This document shows positions 13,392-28,960 of a stretch of 64,000 bases of DNA, piece by piece. Below the pieces are notes generated by a model. That model was not told where the DNA came from. It saw nothing but the letters and a program-made list of their open reading frames with translations, and ran no database searches. The translations under genes were made by a program, and so were the position numbers. Source of the DNA: the human T2T-CHM13v2.0 reference genome, Homo sapiens; NCBI RefSeq assembly GCF_009914755.1, contig NC_060936.1; one strand, 5' to 3'. Position 1 is the stretch's first letter. Every line of letters starts with the position of its first letter.

Positions 13392-13693
13392 ATGAAGACC
13401 CCCGTGGAGCTGGCCGTCAGTGGGATGCAGACCCTCGGCCTTCAGCACCGCTGCCGAGGTGGCTACCGGGTCAAGGCCAGGACGTCATATGTGGATGAGA
13501 CTCTGTTTGGCAGCCCAGCAGGCACCCGGCCTACCCCACCGGACTTCGATCCGCCCTGGGTGGAGAAGGCTAACAGAACCAGAGGCGTGGGCAAGGAGGC
13601 ATCGAAGGCCTTGGGGGCAAAGGGGAGCTGTGAGACCACCCCCTCAAGGGGCAGCACCCCCACCCTCACACCAAGGAAGAAGAACAAATACAG
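13392..13693 (+). CDS. RITA1: RITA1 (RBPJ-interacting and tubulin-associated protein 1), first coding segment; exon starts at 13328
   Basis: MKTPVELAVSG...SYVDETLFGS...PRKKNKYR; acceptor ctcacAG|GGA; donor AG|GTAATG. Confidence 0.96.
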
Positions 13694-14256
13694 GTAATGG
13701 GGTAGGGAGATGCAAATCCTGTACTCAGTGCAGCCACCTGGATTCCAGTTACAGCTCTGGTGTTCACCTGCTCTGTGACCTTGGGCAAGCATCTTGACCT
13801 CTCTGAGCCAGTTTACTCATGTGGAAAATAGGACCAATTATTCCTACCTAGGGGGATTGTTGATGGATTAAATGAGAGAGGGGTCTGCAGTGCTTCGCAC
13901 AGTAACCTAATACTTAGAAAGCTGTCAATAAATGGTAGTGTTGATGGTTGTGATGGTGAACTCCCTATCCCCAAATGTCACAAACTGGGCATCTGAGGCC
14001 CAGAGGAGTCAGCTGAGGCATAAGATCACAGAGAAATTTGCATAAGCTTATTAATATTAATGTGTTCGATCCTTGAAATGACATAGATGTGGTGTTTCTG
14101 AAGTCATTTTGAAAATGGGTTTTGGCCACATGGGGTAGCTCATGCCTGTAATCCCAGAACGTTTGGAGGTTGAGGTGGGATCACTTGAGCTCAGGAGTTT
14201 GAGACCAGCCTGGGCAGCGTGGTGAAACTGTGTCTCTATAAAAAATGCAAAAATTA

Positions 14257-14448
<192 letters not shown>

Positions 14449-14639
14449 TTATGAACAAGTTAGAAAAATAGGAACTAATGCAAATTGTTATTGTTGTTAA
14501 TTAATTAGATTAGAATTAGATTATTTGGACTGTTTCAGATTAATATCAGCCTGGAGGGAGGTGTCTAGTGGTGAGCCACAGGGCTCTGTCCTGTTTATTG
14601 TTATCAGTGGTTTGGACAAAGACACAGAAGATTAGCACA

Positions 14640-15840
<1,201 letters not shown>

Positions 15841-16741
15841 ACTGGCCAGCTAAAGTTAGGGTTCATTCTGAACCACAGGGACATATTTCAGATGAGAGAA
15901 ATGAAATGAGAATGGGAATGATACCTATTATAAAAACAAGAATCAGTTATTGCCAGTTCTGTAGACAAGGCAGGGTCAGGTGGAGATTAGCAACACTGAT
16001 ACCTACAACATGGCTGAAAACACTGAGGTAAAGATAGGCTGCATTAGGAAGTATGGTGTCCATGAAAAGGGAGGTGACAACTCCTTGCTCACCTGGAGGG
16101 TGGAATTTTCTTCTGGATGCCAACAGGTAGAGGGTGTCAAGTGAGGGGTTGCATAAGAGGTAGAGAAGTTATTGAGCAAAAACCTTGGCACCAGACATAT
16201 ACAGGCATTAGCCAATGTGGTTTGAGCAGCTAAACCAAGTGGCAAAAGCTTGCCCTTTCAAAGACTTGCAGTTTGGGGATAGAAGCACTTTCAGTCCTGG
16301 CCAAAAAAACTATGGGCGTGGAATCTTGCAGGTATGCCGTGAATATCTGTTGAATAAAAAAAAAAAAAAAAAAAAAGGCCAGACAGGCTGACTCAGGCCT
16401 GTAGTCCCAGCACTTTGGGAGGCTGAGGTGGGAGGATCGCTTGAGCTCCAGAGTTTGAGACCAGCCTGGGCAACATAGTGAGATCCCTGTCTCTACAAAA
16501 AATAAAAATATTAGCAGGGCATAGTGGTGCATACCTGTAGTCCCAGCTACTCTGGAGGCTGAAGTGGGAGGATTACTTGAGCTCAGGAGTTCGCAGCTGC
16601 AGCGAGCGTCACTGCACTCCAGCCTGGGTGACAGAGTGAGACCCTGTCTCTTAAAAAAAAAAAAAAAAAAGGCCGGGCGCAGTGACTCTTGCCTGTAATC
16701 CCAGCACTTTGGGAGGCCGAGGTGGGTAGATCATGAGGTCA

Positions 16742-17016
<275 letters not shown>

Positions 17017-17932
17017 CTAACACTTTGAGAGGTTAAGGCAGGGGGCTGCTTGAGTTCAGGAACTCAAGACCAGCCTGAGCAACATAAATCTGATCTCTAC
17101 TAAAAATCAAAAACAAAAAAATTAGCTGGGCTTGGTGGCACTGTGCCTGTAGTCCCAGCTATTAGGGAGGCTGAGGTGAGAGGATTGCTTGGGCCCAGGA
17201 ATTTGAGGCTGCTGTGATCTGTGACTGTGCCACTACACTCCACTTGAACAACAGAGTGAGATCGTGTCTCACAAAGAAAAGAAAAAGTGGAGGCTATAAA
17301 GACTAAGGTTATACTAATTGTGACTCTCAATTGCAAGTGACAGAAAACTTATTCAAACTGGCTTCCCCAGGAGAAGGCATGTGGGGCTCCTGTAACAGGG
17401 GCTCAAACTGTGGCTGGAACTGTCTGTCTCCACCTTAGTGCTGCTTTTCCCTGCATGCCCTTCAATCTTCAGTAGGAAGGAGATAGCCACAAGCTGCTTT
17501 GGGCTGACATCCTATCAGCTTAGCAAGAAGTAAAGTCAGGTGGCAGAAAGACATCTCTTTCCTAGTGGTTTCTGCAAGGTCCTAAGGCAGATTCTGATTG
17601 GACAGGCTTGGGTCATCTGGCCATTCGTGAACCAATCCATGTGGCCAGGAGGATGGAATATGCAAATTGTCCAGGCCTGGGGCACATGTCTGGGAATGGG
17701 GTCAGGATGCAGGGGCAGTGGATGTTTCGCAGGGAAAATCAGCAGAGACCGGGGGCAGTGGTGCTTAAGAGGCTGTGGCCTCGCTGTAGGTTTCAGACTG
17801 GGAGACAAGGACTCCTGGGATCTGCAGGCAACCCTCCTCTGCTGCTGCCATCCCAGGGTGGGTGGGAGAGCTGTTAAAGTTTTGAGGGGTTGTTCATCCC
17901 CCAGCTCATGGCGTTTATCTTCCATTTGCCAG

Positions 17933-18440
17933 ACCCATCAGCCACACCCCGTCTTACTGTGATGAGTCGCTGTTTGGCTCCCGATCTGAAGGCGCCAGCT
18001 TCGGGGCCCCGCGGATGGCGAAGGGGGATGCCGCAAAGCTCCGTGCTCTCTTGTGGACGCCACCACCTACCCCCAGGGGTAGCCACTCGCCCCGCCCCAG
18101 GGAGGCACCACTGCGAGCCATTCACCCAGCTGGTCCCTCCAAGACAGAGCCGGGGCCAGCGGCAGACTCCCAGAAGTTATCTATGGGTGGGTTACACTCT
18201 TCACGCCCCCTGAAGCGGGGACTTTCCCATTCCCTCACCCACCTGAATGTCCCCAGCACTGGTCATCCAGCCACCAGTGCCCCCCACACAAATGGGCCTC
18301 AGGATCTCAGGCCTTCCACGTCAGGGGTGACCTTCCGGAGCCCCCTGGTGACTTCCAGGGCTCGCTCAGTTAGCATTTCAGTGCCATCTACCCCACGACG
18401 AGGTGGGGCCACCCAGAAACCAAAGCCCCCTTGGAAATGA
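17933..18440 (+). CDS. RITA1: RITA1 last coding exon; total CDS 810 nt = 269 aa
   Basis: ttgccAG|A acceptor; SYCDESLFGS repeat, LWTP RBPJ-binding tetrapeptide, C-terminal KPKPPWK; TGA ends at 18440. Confidence 0.96.
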
Positions 18441-18757
18441 TACTCTTTCATCAGGGTTGCCTATGGGGCCACGGCGACAGGTATGGCCCCTTGCCAGGGT
18501 AGGAGGACATTCATCACCCAGGGAACCCCAGGTATTAAAGAAGCCCCTGTGGGGGCAGACAGACATAGCAGGGGTGGGCAGTGCCTCCCTTTATCCTGAC
18601 AATCTCTAGTCGATTCTTGCCTTTTTCTCCCGATTGCGGATTTGGGGGCCACCTCTAAGATGCCTCTCTCCAGCCCTGTCTCAACCATACTCCAAATTAG
18701 TGCCAACCCAGGGGCCTGGCACCTCCCACATCATCCATTGTCTTGCTGCCAAGTGCG

Positions 18758-18763
18758 AATAAA
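18758..18763 (+). terminator. RITA1: RITA1 polyadenylation signal AATAAA
   Basis: AATAAA about 320 nt after the stop codon. Confidence 0.8.
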
Positions 18764-19264
18764 CGGTGTGATTGCCAACCTGGAGGGTCCCCTCTTATCC
18801 CTTCAAGCCAAGCTTCCTGCTCAGGATTAGTTTCCAGCTAAGTCTGCAAGCCCTAGAGGAGTTTTTCCAGGCTGTCTGTGAAGCCTGGGGAACACAACGG
18901 CAACTGGGAGATTTGTGAGTGAACACTGTTTCATCTTAATATGCTTCTGAATTTATTTTCATGTACTAAATAGATCAGCTCATCAAAGCCATGAATGTCA
19001 CTTTTTTTCCCCCTCAGGGTAAAGGCCATTGTTAGGCCTGAGTTGATTTAAATAACAAAGTTAAATACAACAGATAGTACAAGGATGTGGCAGGCAACAT
19101 GACAGCGGTGAGTGGGTAACTGAAGTTTGGGAATCTGGGGCTTCGGGAAGCGCTGGACTCTTCCTCCCGTCGGCTTCTGGCTAATGCCACTAACTTGTGG
19201 TTGGCCGGCTCTTCCTTAGCTCAGAGTACAGACAATAGTATTTTTTTAGTTTTGTTTTTAAGTT

Positions 19265-19268
<4 letters not shown>

Positions 19269-19298
<30 letters not shown>
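19269..19298 (+). repeat. (TG)n microsatellite, about 15 units
   Basis: Read directly from sequence. Confidence 0.95.
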
Positions 19299-19301
<3 letters not shown>

Positions 19302-20032
19302 AGGTGGGAAATAAAACACAATGGCTAGGACTTTGCCAAGTGGAGGGTCCAAGAAAGCCAGACAGTGACATGTGTGTCTGCAGAGCACTTAGGATGCAGC
19401 CCAGGACTTAGGAAAAGCAACAAAGCCTTTGCGCAGATGGAATTGCACCCAGATTGGGCAGTGTGGGCTGGGCTCTGGGCCTCTCCTTGCCCCCGTCTTC
19501 CTGTAAGGCACCTCCAGGAGGCACCAGGATTTTAGGGAGTCCAGTTGGAAGCCACATCATCTGGTTGGTACGTCTGCCTTGGGGCAGGGAAGAGTGGACA
19601 CTGCTGGGGAGGGAGACCTGCAGTGCCCAGGACCAGTGACACACAGAAACACCTGTGGGGTCAGGCAGGCCAGCTGTGCTCTCATGCAAACATGCTTTGT
19701 TTTTTGTTTGTTTGTTTGTATGTTTGTTTGTTTTTGGTGTTTCTTTTTTTTGTTTTGTTTTGTTTTTTAAGACACGGGGCCTCGTTTCCTTGCCCACCCT
19801 GGAGTGCAGTGGTGCGATCATAGCTCACTGCTGACTTGACCTCCCGGCTCAAGCCATCCTCCCCCTCAGCCTCCTGAGTGGCGGGGACTACATGCATGCA
19901 CCACCATGCCTGGCTAACTTCTTTTAAAAATTTTTTTGGACTGGGCGCGGTGGTTCATGCCTGTAATCCCAGCACTTTAGGAGGCCGAGGCGGGCGGATC
20001 ACGAGGTCAGGAGATCGAGACCATCCTGGCTA

Positions 20033-20329
<297 letters not shown>

Positions 20330-20490
20330 TCAAACTCCTGGCCTGAAGTGATCCTCCCGCTTCAGCCTCCCAAAGTGCTGAGATTACAGGTGTGAGCCAC
20401 CTCGCCCAGCTGCAATGTGCATTTTAAACATATAGAATGTTTAAGCTTCCTGGAACTTTCACTAACAATTAGTTACTCACGCCCACCTCA

Positions 20491-20895
<405 letters not shown>

Positions 20896-21109
20896 CTACA
20901 GTAAAATCTGGCAGTAGCCCAAGGTGACACTAAAGGGCAACGGACACCAGGCTGTGGTGTATGTAAGGCAGTTGGGGGTGGTGAGGATGGGGGCGACTTA
21001 CTTTACCATCTAATGGGGGCTGCTGCTGCTGAGCCCTAGGAGATATGCAGACCTGGGATATCTGGATGATTAGATTTTTTTCCAGAAAAGGGAGAGTGTT
21101 GGATTTCTA

Positions 21110-21283
<174 letters not shown>

Positions 21284-22043
21284 CTACCCTTTTTTTTTTT
21301 TTTTTTTTTTTTTGAGACAGGGTCTTCCTGTGTCACTCAGGCTGGAGTGCAGTGGCACAATCTCAGCTCGCTGCAATCTCGACCCTCCCAGACTCCAGTG
21401 ATCCTCCTACCTCAGCCTCCCAAGTAGCTGGGACTACTGCCGTGTGCCACCATGCCTGGCTAATTTTTTAATTTTTTGTAGAGACAAAAAATAAAACATG
21501 GGGTTTTGCCATGTTTCCCAAGCTGGTCTCAAACTCCTGAGCTCAAGTGATCTGCCTGCCTCAGCCTCCCAAAGTGCTGCGATTAGAGGTGTGAGTAACC
21601 ACTCCTGGCCTAAAAATTTTTTACTTTAAAAAAAAAAAGTTGTTTTAAATAATTGTTCAGCTCCCTGGAATGTGAGGCTGAGGGCTGCTGTGACCTCAGG
21701 ACTCCCTCTGAGCTTTCACAGTGCTAGAGCAGGGGAAGTTGCAAGCAAATTAATCCCAGAACAGGGTTAGGGGCAGCCTGAAACCTGAGGCCCCGCTCCT
21801 CCTGGAGTTCCCTGCCTGCTTCTTTGCCCCCTATGGGCAGCTGTGACCCACACCCCGCTGCCCTGGTGAGTGATGTGTCCATCATGGCCATGGCAGCTTC
21901 CGGGCTGCAGCTGGGGTCTGGTTTCCCACTAAGGCTGAAGTAAGGAACCATAATCTCTGGGCTGACACCCCAGGCTGCACGCTCCTCATGGAAACACCAT
22001 CTGTGAGCTGGACACACACAGCCCACAGCCCTGGGTAAAGAGA

Positions 22044-22096
22044 TTTATTCGTAGAGCGTTCCCTTCAATGTGGCTTCAAATACTTTTTAATTTATT
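22044..22096 (-). terminator. IQCD: IQCD tandem polyadenylation signals (AATAAA at 22091-22096 and 22044-22049)
   Basis: tttatt twice on the + strand, 100-150 nt past the stop. Confidence 0.75.
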
Positions 22097-22197
22097 AAAT
22101 AAAAACATGAAAGCCGTGAATTTAGTGCTCTCCATCTCGGGCCTTCCTGGCCTGGTCTCTGGGAAGATAAGGGTCAGGAGCGGGCTGGGTGGAGAGC

Positions 22198-22512
22198 TCA
22201 TTTCTTGCCCTTGCCCTTCTCCTTGCCTTTCTGCTTGCCCTTCTCCTTGTCCTTTGCTTTGCCCTTGCCCCGCTTCTTCTTGGATCTGAGCAGGGAGCGC
22301 ACCAGATAGCCCTTCCATAGGGCCTGGATGAGCGTGGCCGCCCGTACCATGCGCACCATCTCCTGCTCTGCCTCCATCCTTTTCTTGGAGTTGATCTCCC
22401 GCTCTTCCCGGATCTGCGCAAACTCTCCCACCAGCACTTTGTGCCTCCGCCTGAGCTCCTCCAGCGAGATCTTCTCCTCCCTGTGAACAGCGTCCAGATC
22501 CTCCAACTCCTC
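22198..22512 (-). CDS. IQCD: IQCD/DRC10 last exon (IQ motif [15 protein letters not shown]; Lys/Gly-rich tail), 104 aa + stop
   Basis: ccccAG|GAG acceptor; contains ORF 22198..22506; IQ calmodulin-binding motif. Confidence 0.95.
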   Translation of the reverse strand, partial: EELEDLDAVHREEKISLEELRRRHKVLVGEFAQIREEREINSKKRMEAEQEMVRMVRAATLIQALWKGYLVRSLLRSKKKRGKGKAKDKEKGKQKGKEKGKGKK

Positions 22513-24163
22513 CTGGGGTGAGGGGTGGGGCTGGGGTCACCACACATAGAGTGCCTCCTCCCACCCTCCTCCCTGAGGCCCCCTTACCCTTCCCAAATGG
22601 TCTTCTGCCCCAGCGATGCCCCTAAGCTAAGCTGTTCAGCATCTCTCGGTCCCAGTGACATGGATGGGGAGAGGGGATGGGCTCCATCCTAGCTCTAGGA
22701 AGGACCCAACTGAAATAATTTCAGGAACAGGAAAAGAACATGGGCTTGTGAGTTGGGCAGACTTAGTTTTAAGTCCCAGCTCTGCCACACCTCAACTGAC
22801 TTCACCTTTCGGGCCTTCGTTTTTCCTCATCTGAAACATGGGGACGATTCCGAAGCCAGGGGCTGTTTCTAGGATTAAATGACCCGATGGACACAATGTA
22901 CTGGACATGATGCCAGGCACACAGTGGGGACACAAGAAATGGAGGCTGCTGCCATGAAAGCAGTCTGTTCCACAAGACACCAGAGGAGAAGGAACTTTCT
23001 CAGGCCTCAAACGGAGTCCCAGAGTTCTTCCTTATGTCTAACCATAGCCTCTCCTGCTGTCATTTACACCCGTTTTCCTTCCTTCCACTGATGTTTTCCC
23101 AGCATCTACAAAAAGCAGAGCACTGCCAGAGGACACAGAGCTGGGTGGACAAAGTCCCTGCCCGCAACCAACCCACAACCCTCATGGGACCCAGAGAAAT
23201 GAGAGCCCCCGCCTGCAAAGCTCCCCTCTCCAGGCCCTGATGGTTGCCCAGGACAAGGTTCTGACTTGCCCTTCTCTGAAGAGCACACCTGGCTTTGGCT
23301 CACTCCAGCGCATATTACCTCCAGTGCTCTCCAGTGCTCCCCAGTCCTCCCTGGCCCCTGGGTTGGAGCCATGGGCCACCAATGTTATCCCAGTGCTGGG
23401 TGAAGGGTTTGGGCGTGTCTCGATTTGAAGGTTACCACCCCCTGAGCACTTCCCTCCAGGCCAGACCCTGTGCTGGGCACACACACTTGCAGCCATGGTG
23501 TCTCACCGAATCCCCGCCATGGTCCCAAAATGGGAATTACTGCCTTTGCTAATCAGATGCAGAAACGGGCTTGGGAAGGTCAAGTACCTTGCTTAAGGCC
23601 ACACAGCTGGCACATCTCAGGTGCTCAATAAAAACTGGCTGAGTGACTGAGTGATGCAGTGGAGGCAGGCTCCCATCTGAGTCTGTGGGAAGGAGCCCCA
23701 CCTTGTAGGGGTGCTGGCAGGAGCCCATCCAGAGGAGTATGGGATGTGGACACTAGATGGAGCCATGATCATTAGGCCCAGTGTCAGAGTGTCAGGCCCT
23801 TCTAGCCAGTCGCTTTTTTTTTTTTTTTTTTTTTAAATTAATAGAGATGGAGTCTTGCTCTGTTGCCCAGGCCGGTCTTGAATTACTGAGCTCAAGCGAT
23901 CCTCCCACCTCAGCCTCCCAACGTGCTGGGATTACAGGCATGAGCCACAGCACCTGGCCTTGCAGCTTCTGGCTCTTTTCTTTCCCACCTCTCACTCTGC
24001 CCCAGGCTGGACAAACCCTTTAAACAAAGGGAAGTGCTCCCTGCAGAGAGGCTCAGAAGTTTGCCCACTCCATGGACCATCCCAAGGCTACTTTTCCCAT
24101 TCATCCCATTCCTAGAAGGTCTTGGGAAAAGCATGCGAGAGAGACTTATTCAGCGACAAATAC

Positions 24164-24235
24164 CTGCTTCTCACCCATCTCTGTATCATATTTCTGGATC
24201 CAGTTCTCGATTTCCGTTTCCACTTTATATTTCTT
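24164..24235 (-). CDS. IQCD: IQCD 72-nt exon (KKYKVETEIENWIQKYDTEMGEKQ), absent from the ORF track
   Basis: tcttttctAG|AAG acceptor; CAG|GTATTT donor; phase 0-0; brings the total to 449 aa. Confidence 0.88.
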
Positions 24236-24544
24236 CTAGAAAAGATCCAATTTGTCATTGTTTGATGGAATATATTAACAATCAACAGCACTGAGCACTC
24301 TCTGCATCACTAGGCTCTGGCAGGTGCTTGACATGCCTCGCCTATTGAACAAGGAGGTTCCCTTTTCTCCATTTCACAGGGGAGAGAACTGAGGCTCAGA
24401 CATGCTATCTTACTTGCCCAAGGTGACAGAGCTAATGGGTGGCAGAGCCTGAATTTGATGCCAGCAGCCTGGTTCCAGGACATCCTAGGCAGAGAAAGCA
24501 GCAGGTGCAAAGGCCCTGAGGTAGGAACAAGCTTGTGCTGTTTA

Positions 24545-24730
<186 letters not shown>

Positions 24731-25410
24731 TCAGGAGGCTGAGGCAGGAGAATCACTTGAACCCAGGAGGCAGAGTTTGCAGTGAGCTGAGATCATGCCA
24801 CCACACTCCAGCCTGGGTGACAGAGCAAGACTGTCTCAAAAAATAAAAATTAAAAAAAAAATTAAAGGACAGAAATCAAGCCAGTGTGACTGGAAGGGAG
24901 TGGCGAGGAGGAAAGTGGTCCCCAACAAGGTCCAAGGAAAAGGCTGTGTCACAGAGGGAGTGTCAGCAAGAGGAGGCTGTATTCTCAGGAAAGGGTGAGG
25001 TGAAGCCACTGGGTGATTTAGATGCAGTGGAGGGACATGATCTAATCTTGTTTTTAAAAGATTATTTCCACCATAAAAAGCAGTGAAGCACTGATCCATG
25101 CTACAACATGGGTGAACCTTGAAAACACAGTGCTAAGTAAAACATGCCAGACACAACGGCCACAGAAGATTCCATTCATATGAAGTGTCTAGAATAGGTG
25201 AATCCACAGAGACAGAAAGCACATTAGTGATTGCCAGGGACAGGGGGAATAAGGGAATGGGGAGTAACTTCTTAATGGATATGGAGTTTTATTTTGAGGT
25301 GATAATGTTTTGGAACTAGATAGAAGTGGTGGAAGTGGGGGTGGCACAACATCGTGAATATACTAAATGCCACTGAATTGCTCATTTTAAAATGGTTTTA
25401 TGTTATGTAA

Positions 25411-25878
<468 letters not shown>

Positions 25879-26446
25879 TAGCCAGACGTGGTGACATGCC
25901 CCAGCGACCCATGAGGGCTGAGATGGGAGGATCACTTGAGCCCAGGAGTTGGAGGCTGAAGTGAGCTATGATCACGCCACTGCACTCTGGCATGGGTGAC
26001 AGAGTGAGACCCTGTCTCAAACATAAATAAATAAATAAATAAATAAATAAACCCCCTAATCCTACAGAGCAAGAGCCCTTAGCTTGGGCACCATGGGTAG
26101 GCCGGCTTCAGGGGGACTGGGCTCCCCAGGGAACTGTCCACTAGGATGTGTAAGTGCATCTGTGCCTTCTTTCTGGGGGAGAGGCCCGTGGCTTCCATCA
26201 GATGCTCAAGAGTGTGACACTAAGAGACTGGAGACAAGTATTAAAAAGGGTGCCTTTTACAAGGAAAGAGATTTGGAAGTTGGGTGTGTGCTAGGCCTGG
26301 GTCTTGGCTGAGATGATGAAGGAGAAGGCAAATGAAGGTTTTGGGTTTTTTTTTTTAAGAGGCAAGGTTTCACTCTGTTGACCTGGCTGGAATGCAGTGG
26401 CACAGTTATAGTTCACTGCAGCCTCCAAACTCCTGGGCTAAAGTGA

Positions 26447-26785
<339 letters not shown>

Positions 26786-27202
26786 TGAAATCGGCAGCTG
26801 GGCAGGAGTTGAGTAATTAGCCTGAGCTTTACATGCTACTTCTTCATTCCTTTGCAGGGCACCCAGCCTCTGACGATGTGGGTATTATCCCTGTGGGGTC
26901 TCAGGAGTTGAGGAACTTGCCCAAGGTCACAAAGCTGGCATGCAGCAATGCTGGGACAGGATCCCAGTTTGTCCCCTGTCCCCAGGCCTGTGTGCTGCCC
27001 CTTCCTGCCTCCCAGGAGACACTGGCTTGGATTTGGGCCTTCCCTGCTCCTGTGCCCTTCCCCTCCACCAAGCCACTTCCTGAGTAGCTGGTGCAGTCCT
27101 GCCCTGCCCAACACTGCTGGACCTCCAGGAGTGATGGAACAGTCCCACCCATCCCCCCCACCAGGGGCCCCCTCGGCCCATCCTCGCTGCTTCCCGGGGC
27201 AC

Positions 27203-27436
27203 CTTCCTCAGCGCCTGCTCTGCCTCCCGGTTCTCCATGACCAGGTTGTAAAACTGTGACTGCAGCTGCAGGATCTCCTGCTGGATCTTGGCCACCCTGG
27301 CCTGTGATGCCCGGAAATCGGCCTTCTGCTGCTTCTCAGCCTCCTGCTTAGTGCGAACGAGGCTGTTCTCTGAGAACTTGAGCACCTGGTGCAGGTGGTT
27401 TTTCAGTTCTTGGATCACAAAGTTCTCCTTTTCCAC
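27203..27436 (-). CDS. IQCD: IQCD coiled-coil exon (VEKENFVIQ...EQALRK), 234 nt
   Basis: cttAG|GTG acceptor; AAG|GTGCCC donor; phase 0-0. Confidence 0.93.
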
Positions 27437-28911
27437 CTAAGCCAGGAAGAGAAAGGGCTCCGTTAATACCTCCATGCCCAGCCGGGCACAGTGGCTCACG
27501 CCTGTAATCCCAACACTTAGGGAGGCTGAGGTGGGTGGGTCACCTGAGGTCAGGAGTTTGAGACCAGCCTGGCTAACATGATGAAATCCCGTCTCTTCTA
27601 AAAATACAAAAATTAGCTGGGTGTGGTGGTGCATGCCTGTAATCCCAGCTACTCGGGAGGCTGAGGCAGGAGAATCACTTGAATACAGGAAGTAGAGATT
27701 GCAGTGAGCGGAGATATCATACCACTGCACTTTTACTTGGGTGACAGAGTGAGATTCCATCTCAAAAAAAAAAGCAACTCTCCATATCCACTGACAGTCA
27801 CCAGAGGCTGGCACCACTGCATCCTCCCTCAGGGCCAGGCATGCCACCTGGGTTATATCTCTCTAATCACACCCCCAACCCCACAATGGAGGTCAGGGAC
27901 AGCCTGATTACAGACAAGACAACTGAGGCTCAAGGAGGTGGCTTCATCTGTCTGGGGTTGCCCAGCTGAACTGGGGCCTGAAGCCAGGTTTGTCTGACCT
28001 TGAGCCCACGTTCTTGGCCACCACTTTCTATTTCCTTGCACGAGTGAAGGGTACAAGCTTGTTGGATTGAGGCCACAGGGGAGGACTGGGACAGCGGCGA
28101 TGCTCCTCCTGGGGACACAGCAGGGGAGGCCCAGCTGGCAGAGACACTTAGTGGGGTGCATGAAGGTGTGCGATGAACACAGGCTGCAGGGATTGCCACC
28201 GGGCTCTTTCTTGAGGGCCCATGTCTGGCTTGTCCCCTGCCTTGGGTGGATTCTAGAACAGGAATGGGGGTGGAGGATGAGACAGTTTTGTAAAGAAGCT
28301 CTCAAGGCTTCTCACTACACTAGAGTCTCCCTCTGAGCACAGCGGTGCTATGGCTGCTCACGCCACCATCTTGGGCTTGGGTCAGCTGGCAGCAGGCCCG
28401 CCGGGCATCTGCTCACTTCCTGCACACTGGGGGCAGGGAGGCAGTGCCTTTGGGGCAAGCCCATCCTGCAGGCAAGGCTTTAGGCACCAGGCGCTGGGAA
28501 TATGATCGGCAGTCAGAGCTCTCCCTGTAGACTCCCCACACGTGCCTGATTGGTGTCTCCCCTCACTGTACACTGAGGTTCAATGACATGAAATTTGCCC
28601 ACCTGGCAAAAATGGCATTTGAGCCCAGGTCAGTCCAAGGTGAAGCCCCAAGCTGGTTCTAGCACCTGAATGAGACCAGCAGGGCCACCTGTGTCCCTCT
28701 GCCTATTCCTAGATGATGCCCCTCCCACCTTACTAGTAACCTCCCTGCCCGAGGGCTCAGCAGCTGGTCCTCTGTCCACTCAACAAGTATACATCATGCC
28801 CCTCTTTTGGACAGGCTCACTGGGGACACAGTGGCAGGCTGAAAGAGACAAGGTCCCCCTTTTCTTGTGGAGGAGCCAGACCCCTCAAGACCACACAAAT
28901 CACACACACAT

Positions 28912-28960
28912 ATGTTATCCACAAAGTCAGGTGAATGTTATCCACAAAGTCAGGTGAATG
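28912..28960 (+). repeat. Perfect 23-bp tandem duplication (ATGTTATCCACAAAGTCAGGTGA)x2
   Basis: Read directly from sequence. Confidence 0.95.

Noticed and set aside
28915-28946. Two TTATCCACA (DnaA-box) motifs, or a CRISPR-like repeat
   Set aside because: Coincidental content of a simple 23-bp tandem duplication in human DNA; no spacers or prokaryotic context
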